This document shows positions 9,947 to 19,288 of a stretch of 32,000 bases of DNA, in pieces. The notes below the pieces were generated by a model, which saw only the letters and a list, made by a program, of their open reading frames with translations, did no database searches and was not told the DNA's origin. Position numbers and translations under genes: made by a program. Origin of the DNA: Pyrodictium abyssi. GTDB lineage: Archaea > Thermoproteota > Thermoprotei_A > Sulfolobales > Pyrodictiaceae. The stretch covers positions 1,590,001-1,622,000 of the forward strand of contig NZ_AP028907.1 of the NCBI RefSeq assembly GCF_036323395.1, in the 5' to 3' direction. How positions within the stretch are numbered: position 1 is the stretch's first letter; each line of letters opens with the position of its first letter.

Positions 9947-10432
9947 ATGGCTGACAAGCCCCTCTTCGCGGCGCGGTACCGTGTCCACTGGAGCGAGACA
10001 GACGCTGCAGGGATAATGCATTTCAGCAACTTCTTCCGGGTAATCGAGCGCTGCGAGGAGGACCTCCTAGCCAGCCTCGACCTCATGGACAGGATAGTGG
10101 GCCACGGGATACCGCCAATAGCGTTCCCACGCGTCCACGCCGAGTGCCAGTACCAGGCCCCCCTAAGGCTCGCTGACACCTACCGCGTCGAGGTGACCAG
10201 CATAGAGATAGGGAGGACCAGCATAGCCTACAGGTTCCGCATCGTGAACGAGACCCTGGGCCGCGTCTCAGCCGAGTGCAGTATAGTGGCAGTAGCATAC
10301 AGTCTAGCCGAAGGCAGGCCCATACCGGTCCCAGAGGAGATGAGGAAAAAGCTCCTAGAGATAGGGGCAGCAGAAAAGAACAACCAGAAGCAGCAGGAAG
10401 GCCAGCGGGACCCGGCCACCGGGAGCAGCTAG
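9947..10432 (+). CDS. acyl-CoA thioesterase, hotdog fold (4-hydroxybenzoyl-CoA thioesterase/YbgC-like)
   Basis: YRVHWSETDAAGIMHFSNFFRVIERCEEDLL, with typical WxDtDaaGivyfanyfr-like motif. Confidence 0.85.
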   Translation: MADKPLFAARYRVHWSETDAAGIMHFSNFFRVIERCEEDLLASLDLMDRIVGHGIPPIAFPRVHAECQYQAPLRLADTYRVEVTSIEIGRTSIAYRFRIVNETLGRVSAECSIVAVAYSLAEGRPIPVPEEMRKKLLEIGAAEKNNQKQQEGQRDPATGSS

Positions 10433-10503
10433 CCGGTTCAGCCGCTAAACCAGCATCTCGGACTATCCAGGCGCCCCGGCTCCCTACCCTCCCGGGCTCC
10501 CCG

Positions 10504-11112
10504 TTGGCAGTGTGCGTTAGCGTCGAGGGCGAGGTCTGGGCCAGGGGTAGGCTCCTCTACCGTGTCGAGGGGCTGGACCTCCCCTGCCGTGGCGTTGCAG
10601 CACTGATAGGCAGCAATGGTAGTGGTAAATCGACGCTGCTCCGCGCCCTAGCCGGGCTAGCTGGGGGCGTCGCGGGTAGGGCGTGGGCGCGTAGACCCAT
10701 AGCCTATATGCCGGAGGACAGCTTCTCGCCGCCAGGCGCGCGTGTAGCAGACTGGCTCCGGCTCAACGGTGTAGACCCCCGTGTCGCCGAGGGCCTCCTG
10801 CCGAGGAGGTACCTGTATTCCAGGATACGCGGCCTTAGCCGCGGGTGGCGCCGCTTCGTAGAGCTACTAGGGGTCCTCGGTAACGAGGCGAGTGTCTACC
10901 TTCTGGATGAGCCTTTCTCCGGCATGGACCCCGAGAGGGTAGGTACGGCTGGTGCCCTAGTACGCGGCGTCGCCGAGAGGAGCCTCGTCGTGGTTACGGG
11001 GCAGAGCCTCGCGGCTATAGCCGAGGCTCTCAGCCCAGACCAGGTCCTAATCCTAAGAGGTGGGCGGCTTGAGAGGGCTGAGCGTGTGGAGGCTCACGGT
11101 GTTCACGGCTAA
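10504..11112 (+). CDS. ABC transporter ATP-binding protein
   Basis: Walker A IGSNGSGKSTLLRALAGLAGG; LSRGWRRFVELLGVLG in signature position; Walker B VYLLDEPFSGMDPE. The track ORF begins at 10276 but overlaps the upstream thioesterase; TTG 10504 or GTG 10510 is a likelier start. Confidence 0.8.
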   Translation: MAVCVSVEGEVWARGRLLYRVEGLDLPCRGVAALIGSNGSGKSTLLRALAGLAGGVAGRAWARRPIAYMPEDSFSPPGARVADWLRLNGVDPRVAEGLLPRRYLYSRIRGLSRGWRRFVELLGVLGNEASVYLLDEPFSGMDPERVGTAGALVRGVAERSLVVVTGQSLAAIAEALSPDQVLILRGGRLERAERVEAHGVHG

Positions 11113-11719
11113 GACCATGCTCCAGGGACGTATGCTCCTCCTAGCAGCCCTTGTGGGGGCGCTGCTCGCCCAAGACAGTGGGGCGCGGGGTGTCCCGGAG
11201 GAGCTACTGGGGCTCGTTGCAGGCGGCGGCGCTGCCGTCCTCGCCGGGGTGGCGGCGATGACGCTCATGTTGTCCTCGGGTAGGTTTAGCGAGTACTGTA
11301 CAGCGAGGCTGGGCTGCCCGGGCTTCGTACTCGGCCTCGGCCTCTCGGCGGCTCTAGCGGCGGCTGCGGCCTCCATGGTGGTTGACGCTGCCCTGCTGGC
11401 GGCCTCGGCTGCGAGGGGCGCCTGGCCCGGGAGCGCTGCCCTTCTCGTGGGCTCCACTGTGTACGCGGCGGCGCTCATGGCGTACGGCTACGCGCTAGCG
11501 GCCTACATCCTCGGCACCACGGTGCCGCTCATACTGCTGCTCATACTGCTAGCCCGGGCCCTGCCCGTCGGCACAGTCGGGTTCTACTACCTGCCGATAG
11601 TGGTGGCTCTCCTGGGGCTAGTGCTCCAGGCAGCAGCGTGCAGTGTTCCACGGCTCCGCGCAGCAGTAGTGGCAGGGGGTGGTGGGAGGTGTTGGAGATG
11701 GAGGCTGTCCGGAGGGTAG
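11060..11719 (+). CDS. ABC-type transporter membrane protein (permease partner)
   Basis: Multi-TM protein overlapping the end of the ATPase gene; translational coupling. Confidence 0.7.
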   Translation: MGGLRGLSVWRLTVFTAKTMLQGRMLLLAALVGALLAQDSGARGVPEELLGLVAGGGAAVLAGVAAMTLMLSSGRFSEYCTARLGCPGFVLGLGLSAALAAAAASMVVDAALLAASAARGAWPGSAALLVGSTVYAAALMAYGYALAAYILGTTVPLILLLILLARALPVGTVGFYYLPIVVALLGLVLQAAACSVPRLRAAVVAGGGGRCWRWRLSGG

Positions 11720-12288
11720 CCGAGTACCTGGCAGCGGCCGAGAAGTGCCGCCAGAGGTACCTCTCACTGATAGCCTCGTCGGCGGCGTGGACAGCGTCGC
11801 TGCTACTAGGCTACATGGCGGTGTCCCTGCTCGGCGCGGAGAGCCGCTGGGGCCCCCTGGCGCTGATAGCCGTCGTCGCGGCTAGCTACGCGGCCGCTTA
11901 CGGAGCGGTGTTCGGCCCCCCACGGCTACCCGGGCTGATAGCACGTAGGCTCCACGTCCTGGCTGTTGCCGCCGTGCTCGCGGCGGTGGTGGCGGCGGGG
12001 CCCAGCGGCAGGGGCAGTGATGGAGCCCTACTGCTCCTGCTCGCGCTCCCGACGTTGAAGAGGGCGGCGAGACTGGCCGGGACGAGGCGGGCAGAGCTAC
12101 TAGCCCGGGGCCTAGCGGTACCCCTACTGGTTGTCGCCCTGACTGGCGCTGTGCAGGGTAAGCTGCTAGGGTTCACGCCGTTCATAGTGGCTACAGCCGA
12201 GGCCTTCGTAGCCACGGTTGCTGCCAAGAGGATGGTTGTATGCGGGGACGAGGCGCTCAGAGCCCTCCAGGGGGCTGCAGAGAGCTAG
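11698..12288 (+). CDS. hypothetical multi-TM membrane protein of the same operon
   Basis: MEAVRRVAEYLAAAEKCRQRYLSLIASSAAWTASLLLGYMAVSLLG... several TM helices; overlaps the preceding gene. The track ORF extends upstream to 11638. Confidence 0.65.
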   Translation: MEAVRRVAEYLAAAEKCRQRYLSLIASSAAWTASLLLGYMAVSLLGAESRWGPLALIAVVAASYAAAYGAVFGPPRLPGLIARRLHVLAVAAVLAAVVAAGPSGRGSDGALLLLLALPTLKRAARLAGTRRAELLARGLAVPLLVVALTGAVQGKLLGFTPFIVATAEAFVATVAAKRMVVCGDEALRALQGAAES

Positions 12289-12605
12289 ACAGGAAGAGGC
12301 TAAGGGAGCTGCTGCTAGAGCCGACTAGGCTACTAATAGTAGCTGTCCTCGCGGAGGGCTGCCGCCGGTTCATAGAGCTGTACAGGCTACTAGGCGTGTC
12401 GAAGGGAAGTCTCCACTTCCACCTAAGAGTCCTCGAAGAAAACTGCGTGGTGACGAGGAGCTACCGTCTCAGCAGCAGCGACCGGCCAGCCCTCATGGTC
12501 TGCCTCAGCAGCGATGCGCGCCGGGTGCTCGTAGAGGCGCTGGAAGAGGTCATAATGGAGCTCGCGGGTATACGGGAAAAGCTGCTAGAGAAAGAAACAG
12601 AGTGA
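12240..12605 (+). CDS. winged-helix transcriptional regulator (ArsR/MarR-like)
   Basis: LRELLLEPTRLLIVAVLAEGCRRFIELYRLLGVSKGSLHFHLRVLEENCVVTRSYRL, a helix-turn-helix domain. Confidence 0.78.
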   Translation: MRGRGAQSPPGGCRELDRKRLRELLLEPTRLLIVAVLAEGCRRFIELYRLLGVSKGSLHFHLRVLEENCVVTRSYRLSSSDRPALMVCLSSDARRVLVEALEEVIMELAGIREKLLEKETE

Positions 12606-12637
12606 CGCAGGGGGACGCTGGGGCCCTGCTGCGGCTG

Positions 12638-15130
12638 CTACCTCTCTATTATCACCTCGGCGGGCTCTATGTATGGCTGCCCGCCACCGCTTATCCTTAC
12701 GGTGCCTATTACTGTCACCTTCTCGCCGTAGCTCGGTATCGGGCCCCGGGTTGCGGCCACGTATATCCTGCCAGTGCCGTCGCTGAGCACCCAGTCGCTC
12801 CGCGTAACCGGCGGCGGCTCGTCTAACCCGCTCCAGCCGAGAGACATGCCCTCTATCTTGACCAGCCTGCCCTGGTAGCTCTGAGGGTCCTCGCGTATAT
12901 CGCGTATACTGGCCTCCACCGGCCTGGGAGCGTACGCTATGGGCTTCAGAGTCTCAGCGTCGAACGCCTTTATGCGCGGTAGGCTGCCCGGCGACACCGT
13001 GTATATGGCGTCGTCTATGTAGAGGCTCCTTGCAGCATCCCGGTGCTCCAGTATGGCTACGAGCCCTAGCTTTCCTGCAGCCTCGTCCAGCTTCACCACT
13101 GCGACTCCGCTCTTGGGCTTCACAACCTCCTTTGTAACAGTCTTGCCGTTCACCACGCCCGCGACATAGTAGCGTACAACGCCGCTGACGGGTACCAGGA
13201 TGTAGCCGTGCCGTGCATCCAGTGTGAAGGCGCGGTGACCCCACCTCGGGTCCAGCACGGGGCTCCAGGCGTAGCTCCAGCCCTGCTTGTCGCTGCCGAT
13301 GTACACCCGGCTCAGGACCTCTATCCGCGCGTCGCTGTGCACACGGTACAGGCTTATACGCAGACGCGGCCCCTCACGGCCCACCCCCACCAGTAGCGTC
13401 TCGTTCACAGGGTGTATGTACTCGTCGAAGCCCGGCGCCTCCAGGAACCCAAGCACCCTAGGGTTCTCCGGGTCACTGAGGTCTATAGCGAACAGCGGAT
13501 CCACCTGGCGGAACGTCACCAGGTACAGCCGGGGCCCCAGGAACCTTACCGCGTGGACACGCTCGTCCACCACCACCTCGTCGAGCCTACCAACCTCCTT
13601 CAGCGTGCCAGCGTCTAGGATGTATAGGCTAACCTTGGTGACCCGCCTCCCGTCCTTCTGGCTCTGCTCCTCCAGGACCACGCGCAGCATCCCGTTGTAC
13701 TCGTCGAGCATCCACTGCTTCCGGACAAGCCCGGGCACTACTGTGCTGGCTGCGGCCTCTAGCCGCGGCTCATGGCCTACAGCCACCCTTACGAGCAGGC
13801 TCTTGCCCAGGCTCCGGTAGAGCGTCCTCTCCACGCTCTCCAGCTTCTTCAACAAGTCCTCTATGCTGGCATCCAGCCTGTCGCCTAGGACGCCGTGGAG
13901 CTCCTCTACGCCGGGAAGCACCAGGTAGAGGCTACCGCTCGCAGGCATGTATATCGCAGAGGGCTGCGCCCCTATGAGCGTCAGCGTAGCAGCATTCCCC
14001 GTCTCGGTGCTGAACGCGGCTACTATGGTCTCGGTGGCCCCGGGGCCCACTATCACGGGCGGCTCGGGGGCTGGGATCACCCTGGAGGCTATCGCGTCCA
14101 CTATCATGGGCCGTACCAGGGACCCTGTAGAGGTGACCACTACTAGCGTGCCATTGTATAGCCTGGCGTCGTAGAAGCTTCCGGTGATGCTCCTAATCCA
14201 TAGAGGCTCTAGGCTAGGGCTCAGCGCTATTATCCATGTTCTCGGCTCGAGCGGCCAGGGGCTCCTTGCCTCCTCTGCCAGCACTATCAGCCTGCCGCCC
14301 TCCATGTAGAGCCCTCTCACGCGCACATAGTGCTGCACCGGCGCCACGGGCTCCATGTGCCCGTCTGACACCAGTACAAGCCTCTCGTCGCCGACGAACT
14401 CCATTATCTTCCTATACGCGTCGAATACGCCTGCTAGGCCCAGCTTGCCGGGCGGGTACGCCCGGTAGAGCTCAACTCTTCTCCCCGTTGCAACCGCTAT
14501 GTGGGTCCCATTGGTCTTGACTATGTCGGGCTCATCTACTCCAGCGACCTGCACGTTCGTAGCACTATACTCCGGCTGTGCCGGGCTGGACATAGCTGCT
14601 TCAGTCTGTACTTCGAGAGTTATAGGGGCTTGTGCCGCCAGTTGCTCGAGTGTAGCCTGTACAGCGGCTTCCAAGGCCCCTGGCTCCGCGACAGCTACGC
14701 CAAGCCGTATAGGGTAGACTGGGCCGGCCTTGCCAGCTTGGAGTAGGTACTGCCTAACGGCTTCTATGTCCTCCCAGGGTGCTCGGTAGCCGTACCCTGT
14801 CCACTCGAGGCTCACAGTCCTGCTAGCGTTAACCGGGCACGCGGCCATGCCGTTGGGGCCGCTCGGCGCGGCTATAGGGACCCCGCTGCCCGGCCGCTTT
14901 GTCGTGGTTTCGACGGCCCCTGTGGCCGTGCTATTTTGCTGCCCCGGAGTACAGGTAGGCACAGGGGCTGTTGCCACAGTGGTAGTATACGTTGTGCCTC
15001 CGGCCTCTGGCTGGGCGCTTTCGCCGCTTCTCCAGGCGCCAATAAGGTAGCCTGCGGCAAGGCTCACGGCTACGGCCGTCAGGAGGAGAACAGCTAGCCG
15101 TGCATCCGTCCTCATGCCCTTCTCCACCAT
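12638..15130 (-). CDS. secreted beta-propeller domain protein (COG4880-like) with C-terminal OB-like domain
   Basis: N-terminal signal/TM, ATNVQVAGVDEPDIVKTNGTHIAVATGRRVELYRAYPPGKL (typical start of the propeller family), C-terminal GRLVKIEGMSLGWSG...IYVAATRGPIPSYGEKVTVIGTVRISGGGQPYIEP. Confidence 0.88.
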   Translation of the reverse strand: MVEKGMRTDARLAVLLLTAVAVSLAAGYLIGAWRSGESAQPEAGGTTYTTTVATAPVPTCTPGQQNSTATGAVETTTKRPGSGVPIAAPSGPNGMAACPVNASRTVSLEWTGYGYRAPWEDIEAVRQYLLQAGKAGPVYPIRLGVAVAEPGALEAAVQATLEQLAAQAPITLEVQTEAAMSSPAQPEYSATNVQVAGVDEPDIVKTNGTHIAVATGRRVELYRAYPPGKLGLAGVFDAYRKIMEFVGDERLVLVSDGHMEPVAPVQHYVRVRGLYMEGGRLIVLAEEARSPWPLEPRTWIIALSPSLEPLWIRSITGSFYDARLYNGTLVVVTSTGSLVRPMIVDAIASRVIPAPEPPVIVGPGATETIVAAFSTETGNAATLTLIGAQPSAIYMPASGSLYLVLPGVEELHGVLGDRLDASIEDLLKKLESVERTLYRSLGKSLLVRVAVGHEPRLEAAASTVVPGLVRKQWMLDEYNGMLRVVLEEQSQKDGRRVTKVSLYILDAGTLKEVGRLDEVVVDERVHAVRFLGPRLYLVTFRQVDPLFAIDLSDPENPRVLGFLEAPGFDEYIHPVNETLLVGVGREGPRLRISLYRVHSDARIEVLSRVYIGSDKQGWSYAWSPVLDPRWGHRAFTLDARHGYILVPVSGVVRYYVAGVVNGKTVTKEVVKPKSGVAVVKLDEAAGKLGLVAILEHRDAARSLYIDDAIYTVSPGSLPRIKAFDAETLKPIAYAPRPVEASIRDIREDPQSYQGRLVKIEGMSLGWSGLDEPPPVTRSDWVLSDGTGRIYVAATRGPIPSYGEKVTVIGTVRISGGGQPYIEPAEVIIER

Positions 15131-15244
15131 GGTTATGGGTGTCTAGGGGTGCTGGATAGAGCTAGCCCCTAGCTCTATGTGTTCGAAACTCTAGCCTAAT
15201 ATCCCGGGCGCACGCCTCTCGGCCCCCGGGGCCTGGTATAGGCA

Positions 15245-16012
15245 ATGAAGCACATGGTGCTCGCAGTCCCCGCGGCTGTAGCCACGGCCATAGTGCTGAT
15301 CACGGTCACCGTATTCTCTACAGTAGCGGTGGCGGATACAGGCTACACGCCGGTGGCAGTTGCGGTGTACAACGACTCCGTGGCTAGTCCTGGGCAGCTA
15401 CAAGTCCTAGACACTATTGTATGCGGTAATTACACCATCGTAGTCTACGGCGTGGATACTGCGCCGCTACTATCGGTAGCCTACGCTAAGCCCGGCATGG
15501 ATGCTGGCGGCGCGCTGCAATGCCTTGCAGGGACGTCCAAAAAGCTTGGCAAGCAGCCTCTGGCCATAGCGGCGCCGTCTACAGCGACGCTGCAGGCAGC
15601 TAGGGCTCACGTAGAGGCTGTGACGGTGGCCGAGGCGCTGGTCACGGTGGTGAAAGCTGTGAACGTTGCAGGCACTGCTCAAGGGCAAAACGAGACAATA
15701 GTCCATGGAGATGCCGGCCAGCAGGCTGCTGCGTGTACCGAGCCCGCTAGAGAGATTGGCAAGGAGCCCACAGTAGCCCCTATAGTAGTTACTACTGTTG
15801 CCCCGTTGGAGCACGTAGGCAACGGTACATGTTACGCGGGAGAGGCGGTTGAGGTAGGACACTCTACGCTAGACGGTGCAGCGCAAACAGTCTATCAGAC
15901 CCAGTATAGCCGGGCAGGAGCCATGGGCGCGGCTGAAAGGACAGCCATCACCCTCCTTGCAGGAGCGCTAGCGGCGGCAGTGGTGGCGGCGCTATGGCGG
16001 GCAAGGGCCTAG
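15245..16012 (+). CDS. hypothetical exported, C-terminally membrane-anchored protein
   Basis: N-terminal signal peptide/TM, extracytoplasmic region with N-x-T/S sites and four Cys residues, C-terminal TM followed by RARA. Confidence 0.6.
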   Translation: MKHMVLAVPAAVATAIVLITVTVFSTVAVADTGYTPVAVAVYNDSVASPGQLQVLDTIVCGNYTIVVYGVDTAPLLSVAYAKPGMDAGGALQCLAGTSKKLGKQPLAIAAPSTATLQAARAHVEAVTVAEALVTVVKAVNVAGTAQGQNETIVHGDAGQQAAACTEPAREIGKEPTVAPIVVTTVAPLEHVGNGTCYAGEAVEVGHSTLDGAAQTVYQTQYSRAGAMGAAERTAITLLAGALAAAVVAALWRARA

Positions 16013-16461
16013 AGGGTGGCGCCAGGGACCCGCTGCTAGAGCTTAGCGGCACCGCACTGCGAGCCTACATGCTCCTCCTCCGCAGCCGCCGGCCCATGGG
16101 CGTGAGGGAGCTCCAGCACCGCCTAGGCCTAAGGAGCCCGAGCACGGCCCGGCACCACCTCGAGCGGCTCGTAGAGCTCGGGCTCGCCCGCCGTGTAGAA
16201 GGAGGCTACGTAGCCGAGCCCCCGAAGACCGGCCTGCTACGCGCCTACATCATCGTGCGCGGCAGGCTCGTACCCCGGAGCCTAGCCACGGCAGCATTCA
16301 CCCTAGCCGCTACCCTGGCCTATGCAGTCCTACCCGGCAGCGACCCAGCAGCTGTAGCGGTGCTCTCCGTGGCCGCTGCGTTATCGTTGCTCGACGCGTA
16401 CACGGCCTACCGGGCAGCCGAGACGCTGAGAATAGACTCGGCACAGCAGCGGCCCAGCTAG
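15994..16461 (+). CDS. winged-helix DNA-binding protein with C-terminal TM segments
   Basis: MGVRELQHRLGLRSPSTARHHLERLVELGLARRVEGGYVAE HTH followed by two hydrophobic segments; overlaps the previous gene. Confidence 0.75.
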   Translation: MAGKGLEGGARDPLLELSGTALRAYMLLLRSRRPMGVRELQHRLGLRSPSTARHHLERLVELGLARRVEGGYVAEPPKTGLLRAYIIVRGRLVPRSLATAAFTLAATLAYAVLPGSDPAAVAVLSVAAALSLLDAYTAYRAAETLRIDSAQQRPS

Positions 16462-16580
16462 CCACAAGCCGCCCCAGGCTAGCTAGTTGCCCCCGGGGTG
16501 GTCTAGCTAATCCGCCCGGTGGGCGTCAGCCCCTACACCGCGGCAGCGGAATGCTCCTCCGGAGTATTGGCTGGCCTGGT

Positions 16581-16775
16581 CTAGCCTGCCGTGGCTGCCG
16601 CGTGGAGCGCTACGACGAGCATGGCGGTGATAATGAGCATGACTATGCCCGCGAAGGTCTCTACTCCGCGGAGGAGGTCGTCGTTCTCCCTGCTGCACCT
16701 CTTAAGCAGCTTTGCGCTGCTGTAGAGGGCGAGGGCTATGGCAGCAAGCAGCCCGGGGACCACGAGTAGGGACAA
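16581..16775 (-). CDS. hypothetical small two-TM protein
   Basis: MSLLVVPGLLAAIALALYSSAKLLKRCSRENDDLLRGVETFAGIVMLIITAMLVVALHAAATAG. Confidence 0.4.
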   Translation of the reverse strand: MSLLVVPGLLAAIALALYSSAKLLKRCSRENDDLLRGVETFAGIVMLIITAMLVVALHAAATAG

Positions 16776-16994
16776 TGTGCCACCCCTAGCCCCTAGGCTA
16801 AGGCCCGGCCCCCGGGAGGGTCCCGGGGAGTACTGGTCGCCGGGGCTCGGGTGTAGCCTAGGCGATGTATGGAGTTATTGAATGCTTGTCCCGCTTCTGT
16901 GGGTTTCTAAACACTTGGCATGGGCTCTGCCCCCGCGTAGCGGTGTCTTTATCGCCCCTTTGGCTTGCTGGCTCCTATACGCTGGTGCAGCTCT

Positions 16995-18461
16995 GTGCGC
17001 GGCTCACTCGCTGTGGGCAAAGCGGGGGACGGCGTGGACGCTGTCGCGTACGTCGCCGGCCGCGAGGCTCTCGACTGGCTCCGCGCCGTGGACCCCCTCG
17101 CCGGCCACGTTATCGACCTAGGCGATTTCCGTGCGGGGCTAGAGGAGGCCCTAGTCCTCTACCGCATGGGCGGCGCCCCCCGCCTGATACTCTCGGGGGC
17201 TGGCGGCGAGGACGAGTGGCTGGGGCACGCTGAGAGGCTCCGCGTAGCCGTCGCGGCCGCGGTGAGGCAGGCACGCCGCCTCAAGCAGGTCAAGAGGCTC
17301 GGCATAGTCGTCGAGAAGGGGCTCCTAGAGAAGGCCGCAGAGGAGGGCTCCGGGGAGGCCTGGGCGCTGGAGCAGGCACTAGTAGCAGCAGACATGGCCA
17401 ACTACGCCTATAGCCTCCACGGCCGGGGCGAGCGCCCCCACGTCCTCGCGGAGATACGTCTAGAGCCCGGCAACGAGAAGGCCCTGGAGCAGGCTAGGGC
17501 GGTCGCGGAGGGTGTGAGGCTGGCCAGGGACCTGGCGAACGCCCCCGCCAACATAATGGGGCCTGACGGCCTGGAGCAGGAGGCGCGGGAGCTAGCCCGC
17601 CGGCTAGGCCTCGGGATAAGGGTGCTACACCGGGGCGAGCTAGAGAGCCTCGGCATGGGCGGGATACTAGCAGTCGGCGAGGGCAGCGACTCGGAGCCCC
17701 GGCTGATAATACTCGAGTACCATGGCGGAGGCAAGAAGGTCGCTGTGATAGGCAAGGCGGTAGCATTCGACGCCGGCGGCCTCGACCTCAAGCCCCCGCA
17801 GGCAATGCTCGAGATGAAGTACGACAAGAGCGGCGGCGCGGCAGCAATGGGCATAGTAGCTGCAGCGGCCAGGCTCCGCCTCCCCGTAGACCTGGTAGCC
17901 CTCATCCCCGCTGTCGAGAACATGCCTAGCGGCCGCGCCTACAAGCCCCTAGACGTAATACGGATGTACAACGGCACCACGGTAGAGATAGGCAACACCG
18001 ACGCAGAGGGCAGGCTCATAATGGCCGACGCTCTGGCCTACGCCGCGGAGCGCTACAAGCCAGACATAATGATAGACCTCGCCACCCTCACCGGCGCAGC
18101 AGTAGTAGCCCTAGGCAACCACGCAGCCGCCCTCATGTCCAACAACGAGGAGCTAGCATCAAAGCTAGAGCGGGCAGCGTGGCGCGCCGGCGAGCCGGCC
18201 TGGAGGCTCCCCACGTGGCCTGTCTACGAGAAGCAGCTAGAGAGCAAGACCGCGGACACGAGCAACGTCGGCGGCCGCTGGGCCGGCGCCATCACGGCCG
18301 CAAAGTTCCTCGAGAAGTTCGTAGACGGCCGGCCCTGGGCCCACCTAGACATAGCGGGCGTAGCCTGGGTCCAGGACAAGGGGCCCTGGAAGCCATACTA
18401 CCCAGGCGGCGCCACCGGCTGGGGCGTACGCACAGTAGTAGAGCTCCTCCGCAGCCTCTAA
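16995..18461 (+). CDS. pepA: leucyl aminopeptidase, peptidase family M17
   Basis: GKAVAFDAGGLDLKPPQAMLEMKYDKSGGAAAMG and NTDAEGRLIMADAL active-site signature. The track ORF begins at 16965; likely GTG start at 16995. Confidence 0.93.
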   Translation: MRGSLAVGKAGDGVDAVAYVAGREALDWLRAVDPLAGHVIDLGDFRAGLEEALVLYRMGGAPRLILSGAGGEDEWLGHAERLRVAVAAAVRQARRLKQVKRLGIVVEKGLLEKAAEEGSGEAWALEQALVAADMANYAYSLHGRGERPHVLAEIRLEPGNEKALEQARAVAEGVRLARDLANAPANIMGPDGLEQEARELARRLGLGIRVLHRGELESLGMGGILAVGEGSDSEPRLIILEYHGGGKKVAVIGKAVAFDAGGLDLKPPQAMLEMKYDKSGGAAAMGIVAAAARLRLPVDLVALIPAVENMPSGRAYKPLDVIRMYNGTTVEIGNTDAEGRLIMADALAYAAERYKPDIMIDLATLTGAAVVALGNHAAALMSNNEELASKLERAAWRAGEPAWRLPTWPVYEKQLESKTADTSNVGGRWAGAITAAKFLEKFVDGRPWAHLDIAGVAWVQDKGPWKPYYPGGATGWGVRTVVELLRSL

Positions 18462-18792
18462 CGCCCCAGCCCCCTTCCTCGGACCCGGCCCCCTCCCCGG
18501 GCTAGACACTGAACTCTAGGTAGTGGTAGCTGGTTCCCTCCTCTCTTATGCCCCATGTTGGCACTACTATGTCGTACACCCTTACGCTCGGATGCACCGC
18601 GCCGGCGGCGCCGTAGACTACGAACCACTGCACTCGTCACAACAGATGAGCTACACGGAGAGAAATGGGGCATAAAGTGGAACGTACACGGAGACAGGGA
18701 GAGGAGAATAGAAGCTGTATTCCTAGTAATATTCTCCCTAGTATCTTTCTAAGCGAACTATATACTTGACAATGTAGAATTAGTTATAGATA

Positions 18793-18812
18793 TTTGATTT
18801 TATATAATCAAA
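18793..18812. repeat. inverted repeat TTTGATT-TTATAT-AATCAAA
   Basis: Perfect 7-bp arms with 6-nt spacer, read directly from sequence, upstream of the small peptide ORF. Confidence 0.5.
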
Positions 18813-18876
18813 GATTAGTAGTTAGTAAATCTACACAAAATACTCTAATGTCTAATGCTTCTTCGAAGCTCCTACG

Positions 18877-18890
18877 TAATATATATATAT
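18877..18890 (+). promoter_or_regulatory. TATA-box-like element (TAATATATATATAT)
   Basis: Located about 30-40 bp upstream of ATG 18920, consistent with a short-leader archaeal promoter. Confidence 0.5.
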
Positions 18891-18919
18891 GGCAGCAGTA
18901 GGTAGTATACGGTGAAACA

Positions 18920-19054
18920 ATGCACGCCCAAGTAGCTATCCAAATAAACAAGCCAATAAATAAGCCAAATACAGAGAACATGTATATTATAGCTCCATTT
19001 CAGAGGCCCATACGTATAGCTCCAGTTATAGGCAAGGGTCCATGTGACTGCTAA
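18920..19054 (+). CDS. small 44-aa peptide, candidate RiPP precursor ending ...GKGPCDC
   Basis: Not in the supplied track. ATG preceded by GGTGAAACA (SD-like GGTGA, 5-nt spacing) and a TATA-like box. Translation MHAQVAIQINKPINKPNTENMYIIAPFQRPIRIAPVIGKGPCDC*. Same strand as, and 234 nt upstream of, a radical SAM/SPASM-like gene. Confidence 0.5.
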   Translation: MHAQVAIQINKPINKPNTENMYIIAPFQRPIRIAPVIGKGPCDC

Positions 19055-19288
19055 AGGGGGTTGAAAAGGTGAAGTATAATAGCACTGCAAAAATCTTTTT
19101 ATCCTTAAAGAAATAGTTGAACCAAACTTTAACTTGCATCTATTCGTCCTAATTAGGCGTGATGCTTCTTGGAATCAATTCCTAATAAGTAAAGCTTTAG
19201 GTTCTTTACTTAAAAGCGTTGCAACGAGTAACTATGCAAATGTAAATAGTACGAGCTGAACAAAGAGCTATTAATAGAGCTTCAAAAG

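Noticed and set aside
10276-10503. N-terminal extension of the ABC ATPase ORF
   Set aside because: Overlaps the thioesterase gene and has non-homologous low-complexity sequence; start likely at 10504/10510.
13287-13820. 177-aa plus ORF inside the beta-propeller gene
   Set aside because: Ser/Thr/Arg-rich antisense shadow of a long, motif-supported CDS.
17408-17923. 171-aa minus ORF inside pepA
   Set aside because: Antisense shadow of the M17 aminopeptidase.
18872-19090. 72-aa minus ORF rich in Tyr/Leu/Trp across the peptide region
   Set aside because: Antisense read-through of AT-rich DNA; the plus-strand 44-aa ORF has a better TATA/SD context. Not fully excluded.
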